Counted from the first letter of the stretch, positions 41,808 through 51,485 are shown. The stretch: 64,000 nucleotides of DNA from an uncultured Planctomycetota bacterium (GCA_963719315.1 CAVRBU010000004.1:775944-839943), one strand, 5' to 3'. Program-made: numbers and translations. Notes: generated by a model from the sequence alone, not told the origin.

Positions 41808-43373
41808 ATGACAATAATACGTGCGCGGAACCATGAGGAACTTCCTCAATTCGGCCTGACCGCCGACGCACCGCCGATTTGTAAGTGTGCAATGCGGGCG
41901 TTGCTGGGCAGCGCCAGCCACTTTTCACGCACGTTCCTGAGATGGTTTTTGATCGCGGCAGGTCTGTGGCTGGCGTCCGCCGGCGATTTGCCCGCTGCCC
42001 AATCCACCAAGCCCACCAATGTCATTATCCTACTCGCCGATGACCTCGGTTATGGCGACCTCGCCTGTTACGGGCACCCCACATTCAAGACACCGAATCT
42101 CGATCGCATGGCCGCGGAAGGCGCGCGACTCACTCAATTCAATACGCCGGCCCCGTTTTGTGCACCGACGCGGGCGTCGCTCATGACGGGACGTTACCCA
42201 TTTCGCTGCGGCATGACGGCGAATCCAGCGCCCGATTTTGGCAGCCAGTACACGGAGCTGGGACTGCCGGCCTCCGAAAAAACTTTGGCCGAGCTCTTTC
42301 GCGACGCGGGATATGCGACCGGTATGGTCGGCAAGTGGCACCTCGGCCATGCGAAAAAGGAGTTTTATCCCGTCCGCCGCGGTTTCGATGAGTACTTTGG
42401 CATTCTCTACAGTAACGACATGCGCCCCGTGCAACTGATCGATGGCGAACAGGTCGTCGAATACCCGGTCGTGCAGGCGACCCTCACGAAGCGCTACACC
42501 GAGCGGGCGCTGAGATTCATCGAGCGAAACAGGGACAAACCGTTCTTCTTCTATTTCGCGCACGCCATGCCGCACAAGCCGCTGGCCGCTTCGGATAAAT
42601 ACTATCGTCAATCCGGTGCGGGGCTTTATGGCGACGTGATTGCGGAGTTGGACGACAGTGTTGGCCAGGTGCTCGCCAAACTGAAGGAGCTCGACCTTGA
42701 CGAGAACACGATCGTCGTTTTTACGAGCGACAACGGCCCCTGGTATGGCGGAAGCACCGGCGGGTTGCGCGGCATGAAGGGCACGAGCTGGGAAGGCGGC
42801 TATCGCGTTCCGCTCATCGCGCGCTGGCCCGGCAAAATTCCTGCGGGACACGTCAACGCTCAGCCGGCGGTGATGATGGATCTGTTTACCACGGCGCTGA
42901 AAGCCGCCGGCATCGCCCTGCCGGCTGACCGCGTGATTGACGGCGCGGATATCCTACCTTTGCTCACATCGGATGCTAAAAGTCCGCACGAAGTCGTCCT
43001 GGGACATCAAGGTCCACGACTCGCGACGGTCCGCGACGTGCGCTGGAAATTGCACGTCCTGGCGGCGAACGATCGCCGCGAGACGACGCCACCCGGCAAG
43101 CGCTGGATTGACCCGCGCGCACCGGACGGAGTAACGCTGCTGGCCCCCTACGAGCAGTATCAACCCTCCGACTATCCTGGTATTCGCACGGGCGACTCGC
43201 CGCAAGCAATGGCCTTGTACGATCTTTCTAGCGACCCAGGCGAGCAACGCAACTGTGCCGGCGCCAATCCGGAAGTCGTAAAGCGATTGAAGGCACAGTA
43301 TGACAAGTTCGCCAAGGAACTTCCGGAGTCACCTGAAAACTCGCCCGGAAAAAACAAGAAACGAAAGCAATAA
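41808..43373 (+). CDS. Arylsulfatase (S1 family); start 41808 or 41892
   Basis: LADDLGYGD; CAPTRASLMTG; GKWHLG; TSDNG. Confidence 0.94.
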   Translation: MTIIRARNHEELPQFGLTADAPPICKCAMRALLGSASHFSRTFLRWFLIAAGLWLASAGDLPAAQSTKPTNVIILLADDLGYGDLACYGHPTFKTPNLDRMAAEGARLTQFNTPAPFCAPTRASLMTGRYPFRCGMTANPAPDFGSQYTELGLPASEKTLAELFRDAGYATGMVGKWHLGHAKKEFYPVRRGFDEYFGILYSNDMRPVQLIDGEQVVEYPVVQATLTKRYTERALRFIERNRDKPFFFYFAHAMPHKPLAASDKYYRQSGAGLYGDVIAELDDSVGQVLAKLKELDLDENTIVVFTSDNGPWYGGSTGGLRGMKGTSWEGGYRVPLIARWPGKIPAGHVNAQPAVMMDLFTTALKAAGIALPADRVIDGADILPLLTSDAKSPHEVVLGHQGPRLATVRDVRWKLHVLAANDRRETTPPGKRWIDPRAPDGVTLLAPYEQYQPSDYPGIRTGDSPQAMALYDLSSDPGEQRNCAGANPEVVKRLKAQYDKFAKELPESPENSPGKNKKRKQ

Positions 43374-43377
43374 ATCC

Positions 43378-44798
43378 ATGAGATATGTTGTACGAGTCGC
43401 CCTGATGCTGGTGGTAGTCGCCAGCGGCTTTGCGTTCGCCGCGAACTCGCTCGCCAAGCGTCCGAACTTCATTTTCATTTTTGCGGATGACCTCGGCTGG
43501 GGCGACCTCGGCTGTTACGGTCATCCTCAGCTCAAGACGCCGCATCTCGACCGGCTGGCGAAGCAGGGCACGTTGTTCACACAGTTCTATGTGAATGCGT
43601 CCGTCTGTTCACCGAGTCGCTGCGCATTCATGACCGGGCAATATCCGGCGCGGCACAAAATTCACGGTCATTACGCCGAACACGCACTGAATGCCGCGCG
43701 AGGCATGAACGACTGGCTCGACCCGAAAGTGCCGAACGTCGCCGCGCTATTGCAACAGGCGGGTTACAAGACCGCACATTTCGGCAAATGGCACCTGGGC
43801 AGCGGCGCCGTGCGCCGCCACCAGCGGAATACGGATTCGACGACACACGTTCCGTCAATAGCAATGGCCCAGGTTGGGACGACCCGGACCGCGCGTTTCG
43901 CGCGAAGTCGTCGGCTGCCATCGTGGACGAAACGATCCGCTTCATCACCGCGCACAAGGACGAACCGTTTTACGTCAACGCCTGGATGCTCGTCCCTCAC
44001 GCGACGCTGAATCCGACCGAGGAACAAATGAAACCGTATCAATATTTGCAGCCGGGCGGAAAAGATTTTCCGTTCAAAAGCGCGGCGCAGATTTACTACG
44101 GGTCGGTGACGGATATGGACCTGCAGATCGGCCGGCTCTTGAAAGCGCTGGATGATCTGGGCCTCGCCGACGACACCGTGATCCTTTTCTCGAGCGACAA
44201 CGGTCCCGAAGACATTCACGTATTAAACGCGGGGCATAGCGGCATCGGCAGTGCTGGACCGTTTCGTGGACGCAAGCGCAGTCTCTACGAGGGCGGCATA
44301 CGCGAGCCGGGAATCGTACGCTGGCCGGGCAAGGTTCCGGCGGGAGTGATTGACAACAAATCCGTAGTATCCGGCGTCGATTGGTTGCCCACCGTCTGCA
44401 AACTCGCGGGCGTGAAAATTCCCGACAGCCACAAACTCGATGGTGAAGATGTGAGCGACATGCTGCAAGGCCAATCGCGGCCTCGGTCAAAGCCGCTGAT
44501 GTGGGAGTGGCGATTCCGGGTATTTGGCGAACCGTTTCATTACAGCCCGATGCTCGCCATCCGCGACGGAGATTGGAAACTGCTGATGAATCCCGACCGC
44601 AGCCGCGTGGAGCTGTACGAAATCAAAAAAGATCTCACGCAATTGAACAACGTGGCTGAGCACCACCCCGATATCGTGGCGCGCCTCAGCGAAAAACTGC
44701 TGGCCTGGCAAAAGGAACTACCGTCCGGCCCAACGGACCCCGGCGCGGGACAAATGATTAATTCGTGGCCGAGCAAGCAGAAATCAGACAAGCCTTAA
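43378..44798 (+). CDS. Sulfatase (S1 family), 1-nt frameshift at about 43809
   Basis: FADDLGWGD; CSPSRCAFMTG; GKWHLGSG, then other frame APPPAEYGFD...SSDNGPE...RGRKRSLYEGG. Confidence 0.92.
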
Positions 44799-44868
44799 CC
44801 ATCCGCGGGTGAGAATGTCTCGGGCCACCCATCATTTCAAACGCGACAGACCAATTCGTTGGGCACCC

Positions 44869-46493
44869 TCAGACAAATCTGCAAGCAAAGATCTTGGCGC
44901 TCCGCAATCGAAAACGGACTTCGACGTGCTTCCCCTTCAATTCGGCAACATTTGCCTTGTCTTTCCAGCGGCACGGCGCCCAGATTGCATCGCCGCTGAA
45001 CGGCGCGCAGTCGGCGAAAGCAAATCCTTTCAGAGGCCGACCACCTTGCCTAAGCTCGACTTCCACACTTCCAGCGCGAGCAGTGCGGGCGTTGATCTGA
45101 ACTTGGTCGCCACGGATGCTGGTCGAATACATGGCGAATTCACCAAAATTATCCGCCTCGATTCCCGCCAATCTCGAATCTTTCCACAATGCCCAACCAA
45201 TGCCGGATTCGCTGTCGTAATCGCCATAAAAGTTCTTAAACCATACTTCATTATGCGTCGTATTGTAGCCATTGTAGGGCAACGCGAGGCGTCCGTCGGG
45301 CAATTGCACCAACTGAGGCTGGGCATAAATCGTTCCACAATCCCACTCGCCAGGTGCTCCCAATTTGATGATCGGTTTACGTGAAATCCACTGAAATGCG
45401 CGTCCATCCCGGCTGACCCCTACGCGCACGTCCACCGAATCGTTGTCGTGATGATAGATGGCGGGGAATAACAATCGCAGCGACGGCTGTCCCGGATAGG
45501 GTGTATAGCAACTGGTGTAATAATCGTCGGCGGGCCCGTCCATCGGGCCCGCGTACAAAAATGGCTGAGGCTCAGGCCAGTTCCAGAAATCCTCGGTTTC
45601 CGCCCGAGAAATGGCCCGGCCGCTCAGGTGGTGCCGAAAAAAACCCACGTACTTTTGAAGCTGCGGATCCCACGTCGCGATATTTGTCGTGTCCGCGAAG
45701 TAACGTATCAGCGGCTTCGGGTTTTTTGTCCAACGATATCCGTCCGGCGAATAGACTCCATAGAGACCATACCGCGCTTTCGGTCCATCGCCGGACGAGA
45801 CTTCCTCCTTCGGTAATTCATCAAATTGAAAGCCCTTGTAACGTTCCTCGGGGCGGCCGTGATCGTCGCGAAAAACCGAGCCCCCGTTGCAGTAAGGACT
45901 AACGAGGTTGTTCGCGCACGATCCTCTGTAAGACAGTATCTCCAACGACGGCTTCGTCCAATTCAATCCGTCAGAACTCTCCGCGTACGCCAGCGCGCTG
46001 CCGGTCAATTCCATCGCCCGCTCCTGATCGACGGTTGACGATTGACTCTCGCCCTTCAGTTGAGCGACGTACCAACAGCGGAATCGCCCCTCGTCGAACA
46101 ACACCGTGGGGCTTGAAACTCTCTCCTCCCACGGCCGATCGGCCACTATCCACCGCTTGCCATGTTGAGCAGTCTCCTGAACGATGCGCACGCCAAACGG
46201 CGCGTCGGACTTGAATCCGTGTCCGCTTTGGTCGAACTTCTTGCCGAAGTCACGCGCATACATTTCCAACGTCTTCTTGCCTGCTTCGCTGATTCGATGG
46301 GGATCGAGTGTTACCTTCAATTCTCCCTTCTGGACGTGAAACCAGTCCAAGAACAGGAAGAGCTTGCGATCGGCCGCGCTGTCTACCGTCTCCGCGGTCT
46401 GTGCACTAAGGGGTGAGGCGAACATCAAAGGCAGAACCGCTGCGCCAACTCCGGCGCCAGAAAATCGCGGCGAGTGAAGGCTTTCGGTGGCAT
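44869..46493 (-). CDS. Tat-exported five-bladed beta-propeller glycoside hydrolase-like protein (1-nt frameshift at about 46458)
   Basis: ATG 46493 gives MPPKAFTRRDFL; one added base continues GAGVGAAVLPLM. Body has AYAESSDGLNWTKP, SPDGYRW, SRDGRAF, GEWD and a C-terminal beta-sandwich. Confidence 0.78.
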
Positions 46494-46566
46494 AGTCGAT
46501 CTTTCGCGCTTGGCCGTCACTTATGATCGCATCGAGCAAGGCATCCGAGTGCAACGACACATGGTA

Positions 46567-47745
46567 TTCCCTACGCGGCCAGCAATGAGACATCTTCGAA
46601 TCGCTGAAAGTTGAGCGTCATGAGGGATTTGAGGGGTTCGGCGTGGCGGGTTGCGAGGTCGGCGATTGTTTCTTGGATGGCGGCTTGAAACTCTTGAAAT
46701 CCGGGATGGTAACGCCCATAGATGGCCCGCCGCTTGATGAACTTCCAAAGCCGTTCGATGAGGTTCAGGTTCGGCGAGTAGGAGGGCAGGAACAGCAGCG
46801 TGATTTCCAGTTGCGTCGCCAACGCTTGCACCGCGGCGTTACGTTGGTAGCGAGCGTTGTCCAGCACCAACGTGATCGGTCCGGCCAGACCGAGGGCAGC
46901 GATCTTCCGCAACAGCTCGCACATCGTTTCCGTGTTGACGACCGTGGTGTTGGTCACGCTTACCAGTTCGCGGGTCACGGCGTTCCAGGCTCCCAGGACA
47001 TTGAACCGCTGGCGGCCCGAGGCGGCCCGCACGAAGATTCGCGTGAACGACCACAAGCAGCACAGGAACGTCCCGTACACAAAGTGGGCCGCATCGACGA
47101 AGAAGACGTGTCCCCGCCCTCGGGCGGCGGCGTCGAGGCGGGGCTTCAGTTCGAACGTCGTGAAACAGGGCCTGCTCGGCGACATGCTGGGCCAAGTTTT
47201 TTTGGGCGGCACGGGGAGCGCCCGGACCCGCTGCCACTTGAGTCCCATGTCTTTCAGGAACTTGCGAGTTTGCGACAGTCCCCGCCGCAGGCCGGTCAGT
47301 TGGTAAATGCGTTCGCAGGCTTCCGCGGTCGTGCGGACCGGCTGGTTCTCGAACGACGCGCGGATCACGTCGCGATAGGCGGCCAAGTCGCTCACGGGCC
47401 CTTGCACATTCCACCGCCGCAGACCCTCCAACCCGCCATCACGATAGGCCGCAACGTACCGCCCGACGGTCGCCACTCCGACCCCCGCCAATTTCGCCGC
47501 CTGGGATCGCTTCAAACCACACTGCAGCGACCACAACACCAGCATCTTGCGGCGGACATGCGACTCCGGATGAGACTCCCGCTCGGCCGCGACAATTCGC
47601 TGTTCCTCTTCCGTCAATCGGACTCGAAACCAAGCCATGACAGCCCTCCTTGCCAGCAACACGCCATCCTCCTCGATGGCGACATAAGGGCCTTGTACAA
47701 CAAATCAGCTACTCGGGAACAGATCATTTATCCCCACGCAGGGTA
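46567..47745 (-). mobile_element. IS630-family insertion sequence (~1.18 kb)
   Basis: Imperfect IRs TTCCCTACGCGG / TACCCTGCGTGG, each flanked by TA (46565-66 and 47746-47). Encloses the transposase gene. Confidence 0.88.
46571..47638 (-). CDS. IS630-family transposase
   Basis: N-terminal HTH; FVDAAH, VLDNARYQ, LPSYSPNLNLIERLW (DDE). Confidence 0.95.
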   Translation of the reverse strand: MAWFRVRLTEEEQRIVAAERESHPESHVRRKMLVLWSLQCGLKRSQAAKLAGVGVATVGRYVAAYRDGGLEGLRRWNVQGPVSDLAAYRDVIRASFENQPVRTTAEACERIYQLTGLRRGLSQTRKFLKDMGLKWQRVRALPVPPKKTWPSMSPSRPCFTTFELKPRLDAAARGRGHVFFVDAAHFVYGTFLCCLWSFTRIFVRAASGRQRFNVLGAWNAVTRELVSVTNTTVVNTETMCELLRKIAALGLAGPITLVLDNARYQRNAAVQALATQLEITLLFLPSYSPNLNLIERLWKFIKRRAIYGRYHPGFQEFQAAIQETIADLATRHAEPLKSLMTLNFQRFEDVSLLAA

Positions 47746-47856
47746 TATTGGCCATTCTAATCCCAAAGTCTTCGCATAGTGTTGGTCTTTGTTCTCGCCT
47801 CGCGTCAAATTCTGATTCTCAAGGGCCCTTAGCTCAACTGTCAACCAGCGCGCCAT

Positions 47857-48762
47857 TCATGGCGAGTGCTCTGGCCTTCGCAGTTCGATCGGAAGCTGAG
47901 GAGTCGCCCCCGATTGTGAACAAACGAACTCCGCGACCCGGCTTGCCCACGCGTTGATCGTCGCCAATGGGAGGCCCTTCAGCAGGCCAACGGCCAGCGC
48001 CGCCGTATACGAATCGCCCGCACCGACCGTGTCAACGATTGCTACCTCCCGACCCGGCAATTTGCTTCCCTCGCCGGACGTGCCGATCAGCACCGCGCCA
48101 TCGGCGCCTCGTGTAAGTGCAACGACTTGGAGCGAATACTTATCCAAGAGTTGATCCAGAAGCAAATCAACCCCGCCCTTCCAGCCCAGCAAGTCGGCCA
48201 GAATGCCAAGTTCTGAGTCGTTCAGCTTGACGACATTCGCCAGCTCCAGGGATTGAAGCAGAATCTCCTCCGTCCAGAACGGATTCCGAAAATTGACATC
48301 CAATATGCGCAGGCAATCGGGCCGCGTCGCTCGCAAAAAAGCCTGAATCGTTTGCCGCGAGACCTCGCTCCGCTGTCCAAGAGTGCCAAAACAAACCGCA
48401 TCGGAGTTTGACGCGAGTTGGCGTAATTCATCCGACCACGCAATGTTGTCCCACGCCGCGTCGTCGGCAAATTGGTAACTCGCCTGGCCGACCGCATCAA
48501 TCGCTACCAGCACCTGCCCCGTGGGCCGGTCTACTTTCGACACATAGGTTGTGTCAACGCCCCGGGTGCAAAGCAATTCCATCGCTCGCCGGCCGAGTTC
48601 GTCGTCTCCAACGCTGCTCGCGATTGCTACGTCAACCGCGTCGCCGCATAGTGCTTTCACACAGCAGGCGAAGTTGGCCGGTGCGCCGCCGAAGTGAGCG
48701 CCGTCCGGAAAAACATCCCAAAGAATCTCGCCCAGTCCAACGATCGTGAAACGAGATGCCAT
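47857..48762 (-). CDS. PfkB family carbohydrate kinase (fructokinase-like)
   Basis: GEILWD...GGAPANFA; LDVNFR; VKLNDSE; DTVGAGDSY. Confidence 0.95.
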   Translation of the reverse strand: MASRFTIVGLGEILWDVFPDGAHFGGAPANFACCVKALCGDAVDVAIASSVGDDELGRRAMELLCTRGVDTTYVSKVDRPTGQVLVAIDAVGQASYQFADDAAWDNIAWSDELRQLASNSDAVCFGTLGQRSEVSRQTIQAFLRATRPDCLRILDVNFRNPFWTEEILLQSLELANVVKLNDSELGILADLLGWKGGVDLLLDQLLDKYSLQVVALTRGADGAVLIGTSGEGSKLPGREVAIVDTVGAGDSYTAALAVGLLKGLPLATINAWASRVAEFVCSQSGATPQLPIELRRPEHSP

Positions 48763-48940
48763 AAAAGATCACGGCCGATTTGCTATGAGACGCTTGGCAA
48801 AACATAAACCATCTTACAAGAACCGGACATCGAACCAGTAGGATTCATCGGTTATCCGTCGAGTGACTTGTTCGGAGCATGCCTTATGTTATCTTGATTA
48901 TCTTGGTGCAATTCAATCCGACATCATTCAGCTTAATCTT

Positions 48941-49645
48941 ATGCGCCCTATCGTTCAAATCTCGTTGGACATCGTGACGATTGCAGAAGCTCTTGCCACG
49001 GCGGAAATGTCGCTCCGCGCGGGTGTTGACTGGCTGGAAGCCGGAACGCCTCTGATTATCGCCGAGGGCATGAACGGCGTTCGCGCCCTCCGACAGCGCT
49101 TTCCTCAAATCCCAATCGTTGCCGATCTGAAAACCATGGACGGCGGCTACTTGGAAGCGGAACTGATGGCTCGGGCCGGCGCCACCCAGGTCGTCGTAAT
49201 GGCCCGCGCTCACGAGGAAACGATCCGCTGCGTCGTGAAAGCCGGGCACGACTTCGGCGTCCAAGTCATGGGCGACAACCTGGCTTGCGACGATATGATC
49301 GCCGGCGCACGACGTTTGGAAGATTTGGGCTGCGATTTTGTCATCCACCATATCGGTTACGACGAGCGCCGAGGGATCGCGGCCACCGGCCGACGCATGC
49401 CCAGCCCCTTGGATCAACTTCGCGAAGTCGTCGAGGCCGTGCACATTCCCGTGCAAGCCGTGGGCGGCCTGACTCTGGAACAGGCTGTCCGCACGCCCGA
49501 ATATGGAGCACCGCTAGTCGTGCTCGGTGCCCCACTTGCCATCGACGCCGACGCATTCAAAACGGCCGGCGGCAACCTGGAGGACTCCTTGCGCTTGATC
49601 TGCGACAAAGTGCATTCCTACGGCAACGTCCCAATCGGCAAGTAA
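48941..49645 (+). CDS. 3-hexulose-6-phosphate synthase-like (OMPDC/HPS/KGPDC family)
   Basis: QISLD; LEAGTPL; ADLKTMDGG; HHIGYD; AVGG. Confidence 0.88.
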   Translation: MRPIVQISLDIVTIAEALATAEMSLRAGVDWLEAGTPLIIAEGMNGVRALRQRFPQIPIVADLKTMDGGYLEAELMARAGATQVVVMARAHEETIRCVVKAGHDFGVQVMGDNLACDDMIAGARRLEDLGCDFVIHHIGYDERRGIAATGRRMPSPLDQLREVVEAVHIPVQAVGGLTLEQAVRTPEYGAPLVVLGAPLAIDADAFKTAGGNLEDSLRLICDKVHSYGNVPIGK

Positions 49646-50589
49646 TAAAGGGGGTCAGAACTGCTCAGTAGAAAACCTAGGTGTTGTCTGAGAATCGAGA
49701 TGTTGTGAGTGAGTGTTTTGAGGAGCAGGAGTCGGCAGCGGCGCCAGTGGGTGCGGGCGTTGACGACTTCTCCCGAGAGACGTTTGATCATCGAGTAGAC
49801 GGTTTCCACCTGCCAACGTTGTCCATAACGACTTTCGTGCAAATGACGTTTCATCTGCTTTCGATAGCGGCCCACGGGTTCCCCGGCCGGCGGTCGGCCG
49901 TGCTCGGCGGGGATCAGGGACTGAATCCCCAGTTCGTCGCGGGCCAACACGTGGTTGGCTTCGCTGTCGAAGCCGGCGTCCGCCGCGACCGCCTTCACTC
50001 CGGTGCGAGCCTGCGCTTCGACGACGAGCGGGCGGAAATCGCCGAAGTCGGGCCGCGGTCCCTGGCTAGCCCGGGCCGCCAGGCAGAAATGACTCGTCGT
50101 GTCGCAGACCACGCCCAGCTTGGGGTAGCGGCGATAGGAGACGGCGCACGTTCGTCCGTGTTTTCCCACCTTTTTTCGACGCCAGGCATAGTAGCGACTG
50201 GTGTGCCGCGCTTCGAAGCCGCTGGTGTCGATGGCTGCCAATCGCACGGAGCGGCGGAGCAGCTTGGCCTTCCGTGCCCGCTGGACCGTGGCCGTGATCA
50301 GCCGTTGAAACGACTTCTTCACCAACAACCGATCGGCCGACTTTTGCAGCGTCGTGAAGTGGGGCACCTTTTCCAGGCCGATCGCTTCGCACAGCGAATC
50401 GCTGTCCGCCAACAGGCCAACGGTGCCCCGATAGGTCAGGTTGTAAAAATCCTTGAGCACCAGACAGGCAAACAGTTGATGCTGCGTGAAGACCCGTGGG
50501 CTGAACCGATGCGAGTACCGCGGCAGCGAAGCCTGGGCCACGGCCAGTGCCTCGACCAACACGCGCTTCGGACTCTTGCTCGTCTTCAT
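49618..50589 (-). CDS. DDE transposase (IS5/IS4-like, DDE_Tnp_1)
   Basis: PHFTTL; AIDTSG; ADAGFD; YGQRWQVETVYSMIKR (YREK-type motif). Confidence 0.93.
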   Translation of the reverse strand: MKTSKSPKRVLVEALAVAQASLPRYSHRFSPRVFTQHQLFACLVLKDFYNLTYRGTVGLLADSDSLCEAIGLEKVPHFTTLQKSADRLLVKKSFQRLITATVQRARKAKLLRRSVRLAAIDTSGFEARHTSRYYAWRRKKVGKHGRTCAVSYRRYPKLGVVCDTTSHFCLAARASQGPRPDFGDFRPLVVEAQARTGVKAVAADAGFDSEANHVLARDELGIQSLIPAEHGRPPAGEPVGRYRKQMKRHLHESRYGQRWQVETVYSMIKRLSGEVVNARTHWRRCRLLLLKTLTHNISILRQHLGFLLSSSDPLYYLPIGTLP

Positions 50590-50654
50590 CCACCGTCATA
50601 CGAACCAACACACACCGATGTTTAGCTAGCATTCAGACGTTTTCTACTGAGCAG
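49661..50654 (-). mobile_element. IS5/IS4-like insertion sequence (~0.99 kb)
   Basis: Perfect 16-bp TIR CTGCTCAGTAGAAAAC / GTTTTCTACTGAGCAG. Direct repeat GTCAGAA on both sides (9 bp GGTCAGAAC if the ends are shifted inward by one base). Confidence 0.95.
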
Positions 50655-50728
50655 GTCAGAACTATTCTTTGGCTTCTTGACTCGTCATGTGCAGTTAAAC
50701 AGCTCCTGCCCCCTTTTGCCATGCCCGC

Positions 50729-50830
50729 TCATATCGCCGCCCTCTCGATTTGTTCTTGGATCGTCCATACGTGGTCTGTTAGCCCGCTGGCCATCGCTGC
50801 TGTAGCGCCCTTCAGCGTCTCAAGCTTCCC
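50729..50830 (-). pseudogene. C-terminal relic of an IS1-family-like transposase
   Basis: Minus strand reads GKLETLKGATAAMASGLTDHVWTIQEQIERAAI*, resembling the TPAMAxGLTDHVW C-terminal motif. Confidence 0.6.
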
Positions 50831-51026
50831 CCGAAATTATACCAGAGGGGGCAAAGGGAGGGGGCAGAGGTGTCAGGAACCGAATCCAATGATGCCATGC
50901 GTCATCCCTTCTCGCTTACCGGCCAAAAATACTTGTGGAATCGCCGGCGTGAAAATGCTACAGTCCGAGCACGCTGCACTGCGACGGCGTTTGATCCTTG
51001 AAAATCTAGAGGAAGCTGTTGGCCAT

Positions 51027-51262
51027 TAGCTGTTAGCTATCAGCCAGAGGTTGCGCGCGGTCTCCCGACCGCTCGCGCCTTTTTGCCCAAAGCTGGCCGA
51101 AGGGCCGGAACAGCGTAAAACGCCACGAAAATCGCCACATTTTCAAGGCTCGACCACTCTGGCTAATAGCTAACAGCTAACAGCTAACAGCTAACAGCTA
51201 ACAGCTAACAGCTAACAGCTAACAGCTAACAGCTAACAGCTAACAGCTAACAGCTAACAGCT
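51027..51262. repeat. Heptamer (GCTAACA) tandem array with inverted partner arm
   Basis: 13 perfect GCTAACA units at 51169-51259. TAGCTGTTAGCTATCAGCCAGAG (51027-51049) is a 22/23 inverted match to 51157-51179. A small hairpin GCGCGGTCTCCCGACCGCTCGCGC lies inside. Confidence 0.95.
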
Positions 51263-51277
51263 GAAGCCAGGAACGAA

Positions 51278-51485
51278 CTTCTTAGAGAGCAAACTCGCCT
51301 ATTATTGCACGTCGAGTTTACGCTCAAAGCACTGGATTTCCAGCGGTTCGCCGCCCGAGCGCCGCGCAAAAAGGAGGACTTTTGCACGCGAAAAAAAATT
51401 TTCCACGCGTCCGCACAATCGTACTTCCTTGCCGCCCAACGAGTTGCGACTTTCAGTGCGCGAAGCCCTTCGCGCAAAAATCAAC
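51278..51485. repeat. Dispersed ~200-bp non-coding element, copy B
   Basis: AGCAAACTC (51288), CTGGATTTC (51332), TTTTGCACGCG+A8+TTTTCC (51380), CCTTG-N6-AA.GAGTT (51427), AGTGC (51455). Offset from copy A is 45,823-45,825. Confidence 0.8.

Noticed and set aside
46567..50654. Composite transposon carrying pfkB and hps
   Set aside because: The flanking ISs belong to different families and each has its own target duplication, indicating independent insertions.
51169..51259. CRISPR or diversity-generating retroelement signal
   Set aside because: It is a pure heptamer tandem without spacers. No reverse transcriptase, Avd-like gene or TR/VR pair was seen.
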